NCBI GenBank assembly: GCA_013265495.1
Contig: MU058039.1
Location: forward strand, 2,591-66,590
Direction: 5' to 3'
DNA from: Vicugna vicugna
Lineage: Eukaryota
DNA length: 64,000 nucleotides
The position numbers were made by a program, and so were the translations under genes. Shown piece after piece: positions 63,520-64,000 of this stretch (position 1 is the stretch's first letter; each line of letters begins with the position of its first letter). The notes below the pieces were generated by a model. That model saw only the letters and a program-made list of their open reading frames with translations, did no database searches and was not told where the DNA came from.

Positions 63520-64000
63520 CTCAAAGGAGAATGAGGAGATGATTTTAGCTCAAAGAGCAGCTAGCAGACGCAAGAGGGGAGGGTCATATGGCTCATCCAG
63601 GTTGAACACAGTGAAAAGGGTGAGATGACTCATTGGCTAAGGCTTGGTGACAGTGGTGACAGGAAACATTCTGGGATACAATTCAGTTTATTTAGGAAAC
63701 TTTATGAAGACAATGCACCATGCACTTAAGTGAAAAAAGTAAGGCAAAGAATAAGATATACATCAGAATAACATTTATATAAACTAATAATACATACCCC
63801 AAGTTACTTTAAATTTTAAAAGAACATATATGAATTTAAAAGTATGTTTCCATCATATAAAACAATTGCCTGTGATGGGAAGTGAGATGAGTCTGGGGAA
63901 AAGAAGGAAAAAGGAATAAATCAAAAAATAAATAGAGAATCCTTACCCATACTGATGATGATAGTCCTGAATGAAGACATGATTAAATTCAAACCCCATG

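Overview
Mammalian genomic DNA from a KRAB zinc-finger gene cluster. It is most likely camelid: eight short tRNA-derived SINEs look like the camelid Vic-1 type, and the L1 3' ends are cetartiodactyl-like. Three genes can be read. (1) A complete spliced ZNF793 orthologue lies on the minus strand (coding exons 30597-30583, 23637-23511, 22998-22903, 19788-18833; 397 aa, KRAB-A/B plus 6 C2H2 fingers), with a CpG-rich promoter at ~38.3-38.9 kb. (2) The terminal zinc-finger exon of a ZNF585A/B orthologue is on the minus strand (21 intact and 3 degenerate fingers); its KRAB exons lie beyond the window. (3) A two-exon PRAME/LRRC14-like LRR gene remnant is on the plus strand (6055-8370), with one frameshift and no visible first coding exon. 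The least explained feature is a diverged GC-rich tandem array of ~710-815 bp units at ~45990-51400, each with promoter- and exon-like motifs. Most of the rest is interspersed repeats (L1, MIR, MLT, MER21, MER20, MER58, Tigger). Gene and repeat names come from my recollection of the human and Repbase sequences, not from searches, and repeat boundaries are approximate.
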